The notes under the pieces are model-generated. The model saw only the letters and a list, made by a program, of their open reading frames with translations. It was not told the DNA's origin and ran no database searches. The position numbers and the translations under genes are program-made. From positions 14,560-78,559 of the forward strand of contig CANMBE010000009.1 in NCBI GenBank assembly GCA_947495975.1: 64,000 bases of DNA. Direction: 5' to 3'. Positions within the stretch are counted from its first letter, which is position 1, and each line of letters opens with the position of its first letter. Below, piece after piece: positions 1-9,414 of the stretch. The stretch is from Ignavibacteria bacterium. GTDB lineage: Bacteria > Bacteroidota > Ignavibacteria > Kapaibacteriales > Kapaibacteriaceae.

Positions 1-925
1 TCGCGTTTCCATCGTAGTAGAGCGTGTCTATCTTTGCACCCCACGAGCGCGAAGCGCCAGTGCTGAATGCATACCGACCTCCAGCACCCTGTGAGTACTG
101 GTTCTGCAGTTCCGGCAACTTGTTGACTTGGTCAAATGCCCATGATCCAGAGACATTGACGTTGATCTTTCCGCCTTCTGTTGCCTTGCCCTTCTTCGTT
201 GTGATGATGATCGCACCACCAGCTGCACGAATACCGTAGAGCGCCGTAGCGGCTGGTCCCTTCAGGACGTTCATGCTCTCAATACTATTCGGGTCGATAT
301 CCATCGCGCGGTTGGAATAGGCGACCGACGCAACCGTATTCTCAGAAGCGACCTGCGAGTTGTCGATCGGAATACCGTCAACAACGAACAGAGGTTGGTT
401 ATTGCCCGTTAGCGATGCTGAACCGCGAATGCGGATGTATGATGAAGCACCAGGAACGCCCGTAGAGCTATTCACCTGAACACCAGCTACGCGAGATGCG
501 AGTGCGTTTACGATGTTCGTCTCGCGAGAGTTGATGATTTCGTCGCTCTTGATTTCTTGGGTAGCGTAACCCAGCGACTTCTTTGAGCGACCGAGACCGA
601 TAGCAGTTACAACTACTTCCGACTCTGTACTCTCGTCGTCGTCCATCGAGACGTTAACGACGTCGCTTGTCCCGAGAACAACTTCCTTGAACAGCTTTCC
701 GATAGATCGGAATTCAAGGGTAGCACCCGTGCTGCCAGCCTTGATCGTGTACGACCCATCCTTCTTTGAGTAGGCACCGCCTTTTGTGCCCTTTAGCTGG
801 ATGGTAGCCCCGGCGATTGCAGAACCGTCACTGTCTGTGACCGTTCCCTTAATTGTTCTGTCCTGTGCGACGGTCACCACAACCGTTGTGCAAAGAACCA
901 GAACCAGAGAGAAAAAGTGTTTCAT
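1..925 (-). CDS. susC: SusC/RagA-family TonB-dependent outer-membrane receptor, N-terminal part (runs off the window edge; absent from the ORF track)
   Basis: Own translation from ATG 925: MKHFFSLVLVLCTTVVVTVAQDRTIKGTVTDSDG...IAGATIQLKG (signal peptide + carboxypeptidase-like domain), EVVVTAIG, SLGYATQEI, RIRGSASLTGNNQPLFVVDGIP, DIDPNSIESMNVLKGPAATALYGIRAAGGAIIITTKKG (SusC plug signature). Confidence 0.95.
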   Translation of the reverse strand, partial: MKHFFSLVLVLCTTVVVTVAQDRTIKGTVTDSDGSAIAGATIQLKGTKGGAYSKKDGSYTIKAGSTGATLEFRSIGKLFKEVVLGTSDVVNVSMDDDESTESEVVVTAIGLGRSKKSLGYATQEIKSDEIINSRETNIVNALASRVAGVQVNSSTGVPGASSYIRIRGSASLTGNNQPLFVVDGIPIDNSQVASENTVASVAYSNRAMDIDPNSIESMNVLKGPAATALYGIRAAGGAIIITTKKGKATEGGKINVNVSGSWAFDQVNKLPELQNQYSQGAGGRYAFSTGASRSWGAKIDTLYYDGNA

Positions 926-1191
926 ACTCCTGCACTGAAGAGTGGATGAAAAAAGTGGACTTTTCTTAGGAATGTATGTTTGCGCCGAAGCGCTCTCGAC
1001 GTTTGGTGGTCCCAACAAACCAACGCATGTCCTAATGTAACTAAAGCATAATATATTCAAAGCAAAAAAATTACCCCTCGCCTAATCGCCCCCTGAACCT
1101 GCCCCCGCGTGTTTGGTTCGCGGTTCTCGGCTTCAAGATCCTTTTGACCACCAAACTATCATTTCAGTTGGTAGCGTCTTTGGGGAGCAGG

Positions 1192-2085
1192 TCAATCTGC
1201 GTTGCTTTGCTCATACTTGTTGTAAATCAGCTGAATCAGGAGTCCAAAGAGTACAGCAGCAACAACGAGAATGTTGTTCACCACCCCTTCAACAGTGAAT
1301 GACATTCGAATCAGTATAGTGGATATGATGAAGCCTGAGTTTCGAATGATGACATGAAACTTATCTGTATGAAAGAATGAGACAAGCAGCAGGATTACAT
1401 CGACGATCACGAGTAATGTAAAGAACTGCTCAAAAAAGACTCTGTTAATGCCGTGAAACTCTGTAAGTGTTGACGACCCCGTTGTAAAACTGCCTACAAG
1501 CCAATCAACAAATGAATAGATGGCCAATATGAACACCAGCGGCACTAGTCCCGATGCGATAATGCTCTTAATACGGGCATACTTTTGTGTTCCCTCGTCA
1601 ATGTTCGCTTGCGAGTTTGCTGAGGTAAAACGGCGCTTGCTCTGCGTAGAAAAGACATAGATCAGATAGAACAACAGCAATGTTGAGATGAGGTCATACG
1701 TAAACTGCAAATCATACTTGAGGGTAAACCAGTCAGATGACATCTTCAGATTAGCCAGATCTTTGAACAGTCTGCGCATGATGATGAGTAAAATGATCTC
1801 GTACTGTTTGTTGATGTACGTGCTGAGAGATTTCGGTAGATAGAAGATGAGGAGATACACCTCATAAACAAGAATGAATGAGAAGGGCGTATAGAGCGCA
1901 GATATCGGGCTGCTTAGAAGTTGTGAGGACGTATCTGCCTCTATTAAACCTGATGCAGCGAGAAGTATGATAGCAAGGTGCACAAGAAAACTTGCGATGG
2001 CTACCATCAGCGTGAAACGCTCAATACGATGCCGCTTCTCCGGGGAGAGCAACTGTTCCGAAAGATTTAAAAGAGCATGCTTCAT
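1192..2085 (-). CDS. Polytopic membrane protein of unknown function (297 aa)
   Basis: About 7-8 hydrophobic segments; long clean ORF co-oriented with blh; no family motif recognised with confidence. Confidence 0.7.
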   Translation of the reverse strand: MKHALLNLSEQLLSPEKRHRIERFTLMVAIASFLVHLAIILLAASGLIEADTSSQLLSSPISALYTPFSFILVYEVYLLIFYLPKSLSTYINKQYEIILLIIMRRLFKDLANLKMSSDWFTLKYDLQFTYDLISTLLLFYLIYVFSTQSKRRFTSANSQANIDEGTQKYARIKSIIASGLVPLVFILAIYSFVDWLVGSFTTGSSTLTEFHGINRVFFEQFFTLLVIVDVILLLVSFFHTDKFHVIIRNSGFIISTILIRMSFTVEGVVNNILVVAAVLFGLLIQLIYNKYEQSNAD

Positions 2086-2220
2086 GTAAACACCCCTTCA
2101 GTCTGTTTTTTTAGTTGTAACGTCATACACGCATGACTTTGAGGGGCAAGTTAAGGGCTTTGTTCCCCTCATCAACAGGTGAGCCCCTTTACTTGAACGT
2201 ACAGGCTAGCGCTACTGGTT

Positions 2221-3087
2221 TCAAGAATCGCTGGCATACACTCTGTGAAACAGCCTGGTGTGAGGCACAGTAAGTGCACTTAGTGCAATAAAGAGCATTG
2301 CAAGGATGTTGAGGCTAGGGAACATAACGTATCCAATGCCGATCCCAACAAAGGTTAGCAGAGTTAGCGGCGAGGCAGCAATGATGAGCCTGCGCCAAGA
2401 CCATGGATGCGCATCATCAATGTGATACCGTAGCGCATTCATACTTGACCATGAATGTACGACCACGAAGTACCATGCAAAGGCTATCAGCGAAGGGGCT
2501 AGAAGGGAAACGGCCAGTATGAGCATGCTATGAATCACAGATCGTGCAGGTTGCGTATCAGAACCAACAAGCGGAACTCCAATCACCAGCGCCGCGGCTA
2601 CGAGTCGAATGAGGCCGTACTGGGCCACCATAGATGTATCAACGGAATACCCGAGTAGTGTCTGCAGAATTCTACCGACGCTTGGATCATGAAGATCAAT
2701 GAGCACAATGAGGATAGATGTTCCGTAGACCAGTGCAAGTAGAGGTTTGATTCTCGTAGTAGAGCGGATATCACAATCACCGAAGTGCCATGCAGAGTTT
2801 ATCAAGAACAATGCGAGCATGAGAGTTGGCTGTACAAGCCAGATGCCGAGTACAAGGGCTATGCAGACGATATAGATCGCCAGCTCCCGCAGACGTTGTG
2901 CCCGTGTAGACATGAGATGGAGATCTAAGGACCCATGGGGTATCCCTAGGAGAGCAATTAGGATACCAGCAAGAAGAATGGCGATATCCGTTGGCATAAA
3001 GCCAAGTCCTATAGCCACGATGGCCGTCAGGGGATAAACTATCGTCGTATGATTGCGCGCAGGAACGGACGCCACGGTAGACTCCAA
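2221..3087 (-). CDS. blh: Brp/Blh beta-carotene 15,15'-dioxygenase (retinal synthesis); start codon uncertain
   Basis: GIPHGSLD, WHFG, HS and ALTVPH motifs in a multi-TM protein; lies next to crtY and a rhodopsin. Confidence 0.93.
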   Translation of the reverse strand: MESTVASVPARNHTTIVYPLTAIVAIGLGFMPTDIAILLAGILIALLGIPHGSLDLHLMSTRAQRLRELAIYIVCIALVLGIWLVQPTLMLALFLINSAWHFGDCDIRSTTRIKPLLALVYGTSILIVLIDLHDPSVGRILQTLLGYSVDTSMVAQYGLIRLVAAALVIGVPLVGSDTQPARSVIHSMLILAVSLLAPSLIAFAWYFVVVHSWSSMNALRYHIDDAHPWSWRRLIIAASPLTLLTFVGIGIGYVMFPSLNILAMLFIALSALTVPHTRLFHRVYASDS

Positions 3088-4118
3088 AATATCTTCACTT
3101 CGTCAGTAAGCGAGGTCCCCTCGTCGAGAAACCGAAGGATCTTTTCGACAGGATTTCTCGAGAACAATGTCCAGAGGATTCTTGGCACCTCATGGGGCTC
3201 ATCACGAATGATTCTCAGGAGCAGTTGATCATACCATCGAAAGCGTCCGGGGGGTAGTGGAGGAACAGAGAACACACCAGTTCGCTTGTAGGACATCATC
3301 ATATGCTCGGCATCCCGCACGCAGCGTGCAACAGTATAGCCAGTAGTTGGCTTCGTGAGTCCACCAGCGGTTCCTATGCCAATCCATGATTCGCCATGCA
3401 GACGCTGTGGCATACGATCTGTCATAGGAATGATTCCAATCTCTGTTGCTTCTACTTCATAGTCTGATGCGCCTATGATGTCGGCAATGTAGGCTCTCAG
3501 TCGCACCTCATACTGTTCAGCATCCCAGACAGCAGCAGAAAACACTGTGCACTCTACGAGCGCCTCGTTCTGCGCATACGGCAGTACATAGACAAAACAT
3601 ACACCATCTGACTGGTCTACACGGAAGTCCATCATTGTTGCTACGTCTGCATCGAACATGGCCGTAGACGTGCGAATTCGCCAACCTCTAAAGTGCTGTA
3701 ATAGGGAAACACTTGCCGGTATGCGATCACGTCCGCGATCACAACTATCGAGCGATACATTTGCCTCCGGATTGGGTGCAGCCGCATTGCCGGTCTCTCG
3801 TACAATGTCTACCTGTGCATCAGCAAGGGCGCGGATAGATGCGGCGGTATACTGACAGTACACCATGCTTCCTAGGTCTAGACCAATTGAGCATTGACCA
3901 AATCCCATGCGCACATGCTTCCACTGTGCGACCGCAGCAGCGGAAATGGCGGACAATGATGAGCCCCATACACAAAGTGTCCTGTCTGGCACATCATGCG
4001 ACCGGTCCAGCATGGTTACGCATAGACCATCAGGTCCAAGCACACGCCGCGCAACGATCGCATAGATATGCGCGGCAACGCCGGCCCCAAGGAAGTGCAG
4101 AGATGTAGTGCGATTCAT
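3039..4118 (-). CDS. crtY: Lycopene beta-cyclase (CrtY/CrtL type)
   Basis: N-terminal FAD motif LGAGVAA, DRTLCVWG, TMMDFRV, FVYVLP, EIGIIPM, IGTAGGLTKPTTGY, RFRWYDQLLL; upstream of blh. Confidence 0.9.
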   Translation of the reverse strand: MNRTTSLHFLGAGVAAHIYAIVARRVLGPDGLCVTMLDRSHDVPDRTLCVWGSSLSAISAAAVAQWKHVRMGFGQCSIGLDLGSMVYCQYTAASIRALADAQVDIVRETGNAAAPNPEANVSLDSCDRGRDRIPASVSLLQHFRGWRIRTSTAMFDADVATMMDFRVDQSDGVCFVYVLPYAQNEALVECTVFSAAVWDAEQYEVRLRAYIADIIGASDYEVEATEIGIIPMTDRMPQRLHGESWIGIGTAGGLTKPTTGYTVARCVRDAEHMMMSYKRTGVFSVPPLPPGRFRWYDQLLLRIIRDEPHEVPRILWTLFSRNPVEKILRFLDEGTSLTDEVKIFWSLPWRPFLRAIIRR

Positions 4119-4440
4119 AGCAGTGCGGGAAAAATAGCCATGTTTGCGATAACGATTTTATCCCTAATATCGACCGAGTTGACTAACAACCTTCAATTCA
4201 TCACAAAGGTGAAACAGACATATATCCTTCCGAACCACGTAGGAAACTCTTGATTAGTTGTTCGAAACGTCATACTTTCTGCGGTTGGGGAACTGAAACA
4301 AGTCTTCGCATGGTTAAGTGATGATACGCCAGGAAGAGAGAAGCAGTATTCGTTGTATCGCGCCGTCAAGCACAATGCTGTGACGTTGCGATATGCCGAC
4401 TAACGGCTAAGCGGTTATTCTGAAATACGAGGTAGGACCT

Positions 4441-5214
4441 ATGTTCTCTGCTACCCTGCGTTTTGCAGCTCTTTCACTCTCAGTAGCTCTGCTTGGTACA
4501 AGCACAGCCTTAGCCTCCGATGGTAAACTCGCCGCAGGCGATTACATCGGATTCACGTTCTTTATAGGGTATATGGCGATGTTTGCCGCCTCGGTGTTCT
4601 TCTTCTTTGAGCGCGGTCGCGTGTCGGACAAGTGGAAGACATCGATGCTGGTGGCGGGATTGATCACGATGATCGCTGCCGTACACTACTTCTACATGCG
4701 CGATGTGTGGCTCTATACGGGTACGTCGCCAACGCAGTTTCGGTACATCGACTGGATCCTGACGGTTCCACTGATGTGTATTGAGTTCTACCTCTTGCTG
4801 CGTCCAGCCGGAGCTTCTTCCTCAATGCTGTGGCGTCTGATCGGTGGTTCTGTGTTGATGCTCGGAGCAGGATACATGGGCGAAGCCGTACAACCAGCAT
4901 CGAACCTGATGTGGGGTTGCATTTCGACAATTGGTTGGGCAATCATCATCTATGAAATCTGGATGGGTGAAGCACGCAAGCGTGTTGATGCGTCTGACAA
5001 TGCTGGTGTGAAGACAGCCTTCGTGCGTCTTCGCTGGTTCGCACTTGCAGGCTGGGCAATCTATCCTATCGGTTATATGTTGCTCCCTGGCAACCTCATG
5101 CATGGAATGATACCTGTGTCGAACATGGATCTGATCTATAACATCGGCGATGCCGTTAACAAGATCGGCTTTGGCTTGGTTGTGTACGTGATGGCAATCA
5201 ACGACACGAAGTAA
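4441..5214 (+). CDS. Proteorhodopsin, DTE proton pump, predicted green-absorbing (Met at tuning site), with signal-like N-terminus
   Basis: Helix C RYIDWILTVPLMCIE gives D104/T108/E115 with M112 at the L105 tuning position; H82 (H75 equivalent); helix G DAVNKIGFG gives D237 and retinal K241; GAGGT just upstream. Confidence 0.97.
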   Translation: MFSATLRFAALSLSVALLGTSTALASDGKLAAGDYIGFTFFIGYMAMFAASVFFFFERGRVSDKWKTSMLVAGLITMIAAVHYFYMRDVWLYTGTSPTQFRYIDWILTVPLMCIEFYLLLRPAGASSSMLWRLIGGSVLMLGAGYMGEAVQPASNLMWGCISTIGWAIIIYEIWMGEARKRVDASDNAGVKTAFVRLRWFALAGWAIYPIGYMLLPGNLMHGMIPVSNMDLIYNIGDAVNKIGFGLVVYVMAINDTK

Positions 5215-5243
5215 TCTCGCCAAACAAATCGGCAACTTGAACG

Positions 5244-5284
5244 CGGGCGCTCCACAACAAGGTGGAGCGCCCGTTGTTGTTTGT
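5244..5284 (+). terminator. Intrinsic terminator after the rhodopsin gene
   Basis: Perfect 12-bp stem CGGGCGCTCCAC/GTGGAGCGCCCG, loop AACAAG, followed by TTGTTGTTTGT. Confidence 0.85.
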
Positions 5285-5414
5285 CCGTTTCGTAGTCCTT
5301 CTTCTGCGCAAGCAGTTGCGCACACGCCTGTCCGATACTCGATCGCTACATCATGTGATGTGTTGGGAGAATCACCTCACGTAAGAGATCCTCAGCGGAT
5401 CTCGCGCCTTGATA

Positions 5415-6368
5415 TCACCACGGCGTCCACGATATCGCAATGGCGGGAATCACATTCGGGCCAGGAATAATCGTTAGACCAAAGTCAAATGTTACTGCGG
5501 TGTTGGCTTGGCGGAGGCCAAGAAACAATCCGCTCTGCGCTGGACGTGTGAGGTCAGCATTCCAAAGCTCGCCTAAAAAGTGCAAATCATGCATTTCAGG
5601 AAAGCGCACATCCATCATAAACGCAACACCAATAGTACCATTCTGAAACGGAAAGGAAAACGGATTAGCCAACGTGCCACTGTTCACTGTGTAAAGGTCT
5701 TTGCCAGCAACCTTTGCATGAATGATGCTACTTACACTCGTCCGCTTACCGGTAAATGTAGCAACGGCGTAGATGTGACCTATGAAGTTTACATCGTTCA
5801 TCCACGCGCCATTGATTCCAAATGCATAGATCTGTTTGCCCCCTTCCACTAATCCATTCTCTCCTTCATAGACGGTGCCCTTGATGTTCACCGTACTAAA
5901 CTGATTTTCCCAACCGATAATGGGGATGAGCGTGCGTCCGGCGGTGACGCTAAGAAAATCAGAAATGCCAACGCCAATCATTGGCAACACACCTTCTACA
6001 AGTGCGATGTAGTGATCACCCTTTATCGCGTTGGCTGTGGGCAAAATGAGACCTCGGTTGCGCGCGCGATACGATAGCTCGAGTAGGCTGATCCACGATA
6101 TCTCGCTTGCATAGACACGCGCTCTGCCAAAAGGAGTCTTTATGCGGATGAAGGAGCCAACTGAGTCTGAACCAGATTCAGTAACGGGGCCTGACACCAC
6201 GTCGCCATTGATAAGGCGAACGTAATATTCCGCTTCCACATCAAACTCAATATTCTCAAGCGCCTCGTCAGTGATCCCTTGCTGCGTTTGTGCCACACCT
6301 AACGCGGCGGCACAAACAAACACGCCAATCAAAGTTATACCTACCAAGAAGCGTGATAATGGGCTCAT
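5415..6368 (-). CDS. Secreted/outer-membrane hypothetical protein (317 aa; start moved to ATG 6368)
   Basis: ATGA overlap with the rlmN stop; signal peptide ending ALGVA|Q; alternating beta-strand pattern; ends in aromatic W. Confidence 0.7.
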   Translation of the reverse strand: MSPLSRFLVGITLIGVFVCAAALGVAQTQQGITDEALENIEFDVEAEYYVRLINGDVVSGPVTESGSDSVGSFIRIKTPFGRARVYASEISWISLLELSYRARNRGLILPTANAIKGDHYIALVEGVLPMIGVGISDFLSVTAGRTLIPIIGWENQFSTVNIKGTVYEGENGLVEGGKQIYAFGINGAWMNDVNFIGHIYAVATFTGKRTSVSSIIHAKVAGKDLYTVNSGTLANPFSFPFQNGTIGVAFMMDVRFPEMHDLHFLGELWNADLTRPAQSGLFLGLRQANTAVTFDFGLTIIPGPNVIPAIAISWTPW

Positions 6369-7474
6369 TCTCCCTTGCCTTCCTGGGAGAAGGCGAGCTG
6401 ACCACACGCCGCATCAATGTCTAGCCCAGCAGAAGAGCGCACGTTCACTTGCACATCTTCTGCGCGTAGACTGTCCGTAAACCACTGAAACTGTTCTGGG
6501 GATGATGGCTTGAGTACACCTGCAAATCCTTCTGGCATAGCAAAATCAATCTCATGAAATGGAATCACATTTACTTTTGTTGGCATGCGGCGCGCAAGCC
6601 TGCCTAAACGCTTTACGTCAGCAAGAGTGTCATTGAGTCCATCAAACAAAATGTATTCGTACGTCACAGACTTATGTGTTTTGCGGTAGTAATATTCTAG
6701 AGCTTCAATAAGTTCAGGTAGCGGATACTTCTTTGCAAGTGGCATGAGATCCTCTCGCAGATCTTGCGTTGTTGCATGTAAGGACACTGCCAGCTTAATG
6801 ATTTGTCCTTCATCTGCCATTCGAATAATACCAGGAATTACTCCTGCTGTTGAGATTGTTGTTCGGCGTGCCGCAACCATATTCGTCCGCTGATCGGTAA
6901 AGATCTGTGTTGCCTTCATCACGCTATCGTAATTATTCATCGGCTCGCCCATGCCCATGTAGACGATGTTCGTAATCGGCTTTGTAGAAAATTTCTGTGC
7001 TTCTAGAAATTGATCAACAATTTCGCCCGACGTAAGATTGCGGGCCATTTTCAACGTACCTGTTGCACAAAAAACACAACCAAGATTGCAGCCAACTTGC
7101 GTAGACACACAGAGGGTAAGTCTCCGCGGATGTTCGCCATCAACAACCATCTCGCTTGGAATAAGAACGCTTTCAACAGCACGTCCATCCCATAGCTCAA
7201 AGAGAAACTTCTTTGTTCCATCAACAGATTCTTGTACCGTTTTAAGCACAACACTCTGTGTTCGATAATCCCTCTTCAGCCTATCGCGAAGATCCTGCGG
7301 TAAGAGAGACATTTCTTGCACATCGTTGAGACGTTGAATATATATTCCGTCATAGACCTGCTTTGCGCGGTATTTGCGCTCGCCGGCATTGAGAAACAAC
7401 TGTTCTAACTCCGGAAGGGGATGCCCCTTAAGCTCAGTTGGACCTTCAACAATGTCTCGCTTTGCAATTGCCAT
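6365..7474 (-). CDS. rlmN: 23S rRNA (A2503-C2) methyltransferase RlmN
   Basis: CVSTQVGCNLGCVFCATG radical-SAM CxxxCxxC, MGMGEP, LAVSLHA, YEYIL, DIDAACGQL. Confidence 0.97.
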   Translation of the reverse strand: MAIAKRDIVEGPTELKGHPLPELEQLFLNAGERKYRAKQVYDGIYIQRLNDVQEMSLLPQDLRDRLKRDYRTQSVVLKTVQESVDGTKKFLFELWDGRAVESVLIPSEMVVDGEHPRRLTLCVSTQVGCNLGCVFCATGTLKMARNLTSGEIVDQFLEAQKFSTKPITNIVYMGMGEPMNNYDSVMKATQIFTDQRTNMVAARRTTISTAGVIPGIIRMADEGQIIKLAVSLHATTQDLREDLMPLAKKYPLPELIEALEYYYRKTHKSVTYEYILFDGLNDTLADVKRLGRLARRMPTKVNVIPFHEIDFAMPEGFAGVLKPSSPEQFQWFTDSLRAEDVQVNVRSSAGLDIDAACGQLAFSQEGKGE

Positions 7475-7489
7475 AATGATCTCTTCCTG

Positions 7490-8620
7490 TTACACTAGTA
7501 GGTTAGCACAATCGCGTGCTACTGTTGACGATAATGCAATACCCATACCGTTACATCCAAATGCAACAAGTGTGTGCGTTGAGACGAAGGCAACATAGGG
7601 TTGTTTTGTTGTTGTAAATGCCATTGTTCCTGCCCATCGCAAATCAATTTCAATATCTGTGTGCGTTGGCAGTATCACTGTTCGAAGCATTATTTCTAGT
7701 GCTGTCTGAATGAGTTCTGTTGTTGTGTGCAGAGGCGTGCGTTCACCCTCAATGTCTAGGTTACGCCCACCCCCCAATAGGACTCTGTCTCCAAGTGCGC
7801 GAAAGTAATAGTACCCTTCATCAAAGTGGTACGATCCATGTAACGCAAGGTTGGTAAGGGGCTTCGTGATTATCACTTGACCACGGCCTGGGAGAATCTC
7901 GGGAAGCAATGCGTTCTTCACTAATGATGGAATCATTGCGTTGGTGGCAATAACAACCTTGCCCGCCTTAATAGCTACATCCTGATGAGCCGTGCGAACA
8001 AGAAGTTCTACCGAACTGTTGCCTTCGTCAGTAGACACAACTTCTGCACCCGTACGAATGTGCACACCTAACTTTGTTGCCATTGCCCACAACGATGCGA
8101 TGAGCTTACCAGAATGGAGTGTGCTCTCAAACGGTGTATGAATGAGAGTGCGAATATTCTTTGACATGTTATGCGCTTTGATGAGATCATTGCGCTGAGA
8201 GAAAACATCACTGCCAAAGATTGGGTACAAGAGTTGATTTACTTCTTCCAATCGCTGTAGTGATTGATGATCTTCAAGAAAGATTTCAGAACCACCATCT
8301 TCTCGATAACCGATATCATAATGCTTGCATCGTTCACGCAGTAGAGTGAGACCCTGCAGCCTCTGCTGCACCATTACATACGCAGCTTCTGCACCCATCA
8401 GATCGATGTCTGAGGCGATTTCACTAACGGAACCAACACATGCAAAACCTGCATTGCGCGTTGATGCTCCGGTAGGCAATAGACTACGCTCCAAAAGCAG
8501 AACGCGCCATTCAGGGTGGCGCGTTGCACATTCGATTGCTGTACTGATGCCGATGATTCCGCCACCTACGATGGCTACATCAAACGACAGCCAGGATTCT
8601 TGTTCCCAAAAAGATCTCAT
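7490..8620 (-). CDS. FAD-dependent oxidoreductase (DAO/PuuB-like family)
   Basis: VGGGIIG Rossmann motif, GASTRNAGF, VVIATNA, GCNGMGIALS; substrate not inferable. Confidence 0.85.
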   Translation of the reverse strand: MRSFWEQESWLSFDVAIVGGGIIGISTAIECATRHPEWRVLLLERSLLPTGASTRNAGFACVGSVSEIASDIDLMGAEAAYVMVQQRLQGLTLLRERCKHYDIGYREDGGSEIFLEDHQSLQRLEEVNQLLYPIFGSDVFSQRNDLIKAHNMSKNIRTLIHTPFESTLHSGKLIASLWAMATKLGVHIRTGAEVVSTDEGNSSVELLVRTAHQDVAIKAGKVVIATNAMIPSLVKNALLPEILPGRGQVIITKPLTNLALHGSYHFDEGYYYFRALGDRVLLGGGRNLDIEGERTPLHTTTELIQTALEIMLRTVILPTHTDIEIDLRWAGTMAFTTTKQPYVAFVSTHTLVAFGCNGMGIALSSTVARDCANLLV

Positions 8621-8636
8621 GCTGAAGAACCATCAT

Positions 8637-8744
8637 TCACCGTTGATTGAATCCTGTGACGCAGAACATGTCGTAAAAACTGCACTGCACAAGAGCTGGA
8701 ACAGCCAATGCCAAGACAAGGAGAACCGTTAATATTGTCTGCAT
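8637..8744 (-). CDS. Candidate 35-aa small membrane/secreted peptide (below the ORF-track cutoff)
   Basis: Own translation MQTILTVLLVLALAVPALVQCSFYDMFCVTGFNQR*; strongly hydrophobic N-terminus; consensus -7 element 43 nt upstream. Confidence 0.4.
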   Translation of the reverse strand: MQTILTVLLVLALAVPALVQCSFYDMFCVTGFNQR

Positions 8745-8787
8745 CTAACTTATCTACGTGATTAGTACGTATTTTCTCGTACTGCTG

Positions 8788-8795
8788 CAAAAATA
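8788..8795 (-). promoter_or_regulatory. Bacteroidota-type -7 element TATTTTTG
   Basis: Exact match to TAnnTTTG on the minus strand, upstream of the sORF/oxidoreductase/rlmN run. Confidence 0.5.
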
Positions 8796-8865
8796 CAACG
8801 GAATGCCATGTGTAACGCACTGCGAGATAATGGTTTCTTCTCATTGTCACCGCGATGAATGAGAA

Positions 8866-9414
8866 ATGACGTATACCCTTTTATCAGACGAGCAGCTGTT
8901 TGCCCTTGTGCGAGACAGCAACGATGAACAAGCCTATAGGGCTTTGTTCAAACGATATGACAAACGGGTGTATGCCTACTGTCTCAGAGCACTTGGGTCT
9001 CATGACGACGCTCAGGACATGTTCCAAACGATTTCGATGACGGTGTTTGACAAGCGACAGTCGTTCTCTGACGGATCTTTTGCAGCGTGGCTGTTTACGA
9101 TCGCACGAAATTTTTGCCTCAAGGCATTACGCGGTCGGAAACACACCACAGAACTCACAGACGATATGATGCCGGCAGAAGAGGAAGAAACTCACAGTCA
9201 GGATTTTCTTCTGCGTCAGGCACTTCATAAAGCAATAGCCGAGCTTCCAAAAGAATTTCGCGACGCTATCGAGATGAGGTACTTTGACGATCTACAGTAT
9301 GAAGACATCGCCGATACACTTGGCATAACGGTGCCTCTTGCAAAAGTGAGAGTTTTTAGAGCCAAGAAAATGATCCAGCAATCTATGTCCACGATTATTG
9401 ACGAACTACGATGA
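8866..9414 (+). CDS. ECF-family RNA polymerase sigma factor
   Basis: Region 2 (YAYC...DDAQDMFQ...FAAWLFTIARN) and region 4 (LPKEFRDAIEMRYFDDLQYEDIADTLG...KVRVFRAK); 182 aa. Confidence 0.93.
   Translation: MTYTLLSDEQLFALVRDSNDEQAYRALFKRYDKRVYAYCLRALGSHDDAQDMFQTISMTVFDKRQSFSDGSFAAWLFTIARNFCLKALRGRKHTTELTDDMMPAEEEETHSQDFLLRQALHKAIAELPKEFRDAIEMRYFDDLQYEDIADTLGITVPLAKVRVFRAKKMIQQSMSTIIDELR

Noticed and set aside
2400-2480. Loss of the second His of the HSxxH motif in Blh (HSWSS)
   Set aside because: As I recall, HSxxS-type motifs are common in Bacteroidota Blh proteins, so this is not evidence of inactivation.
4119-4440. A small gene or canonical promoter in the crtY-rhodopsin spacer
   Set aside because: The short ORFs (4068-4253, 4193-4375) have no features and I found no TAnnTTTG match; regulation here remains unexplained.
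8617-8850. 77-aa ORF-track call upstream of the oxidoreductase
   Set aside because: No protein-like features; it spans a consensus promoter, and a different frame (8637-8744) is more protein-like.
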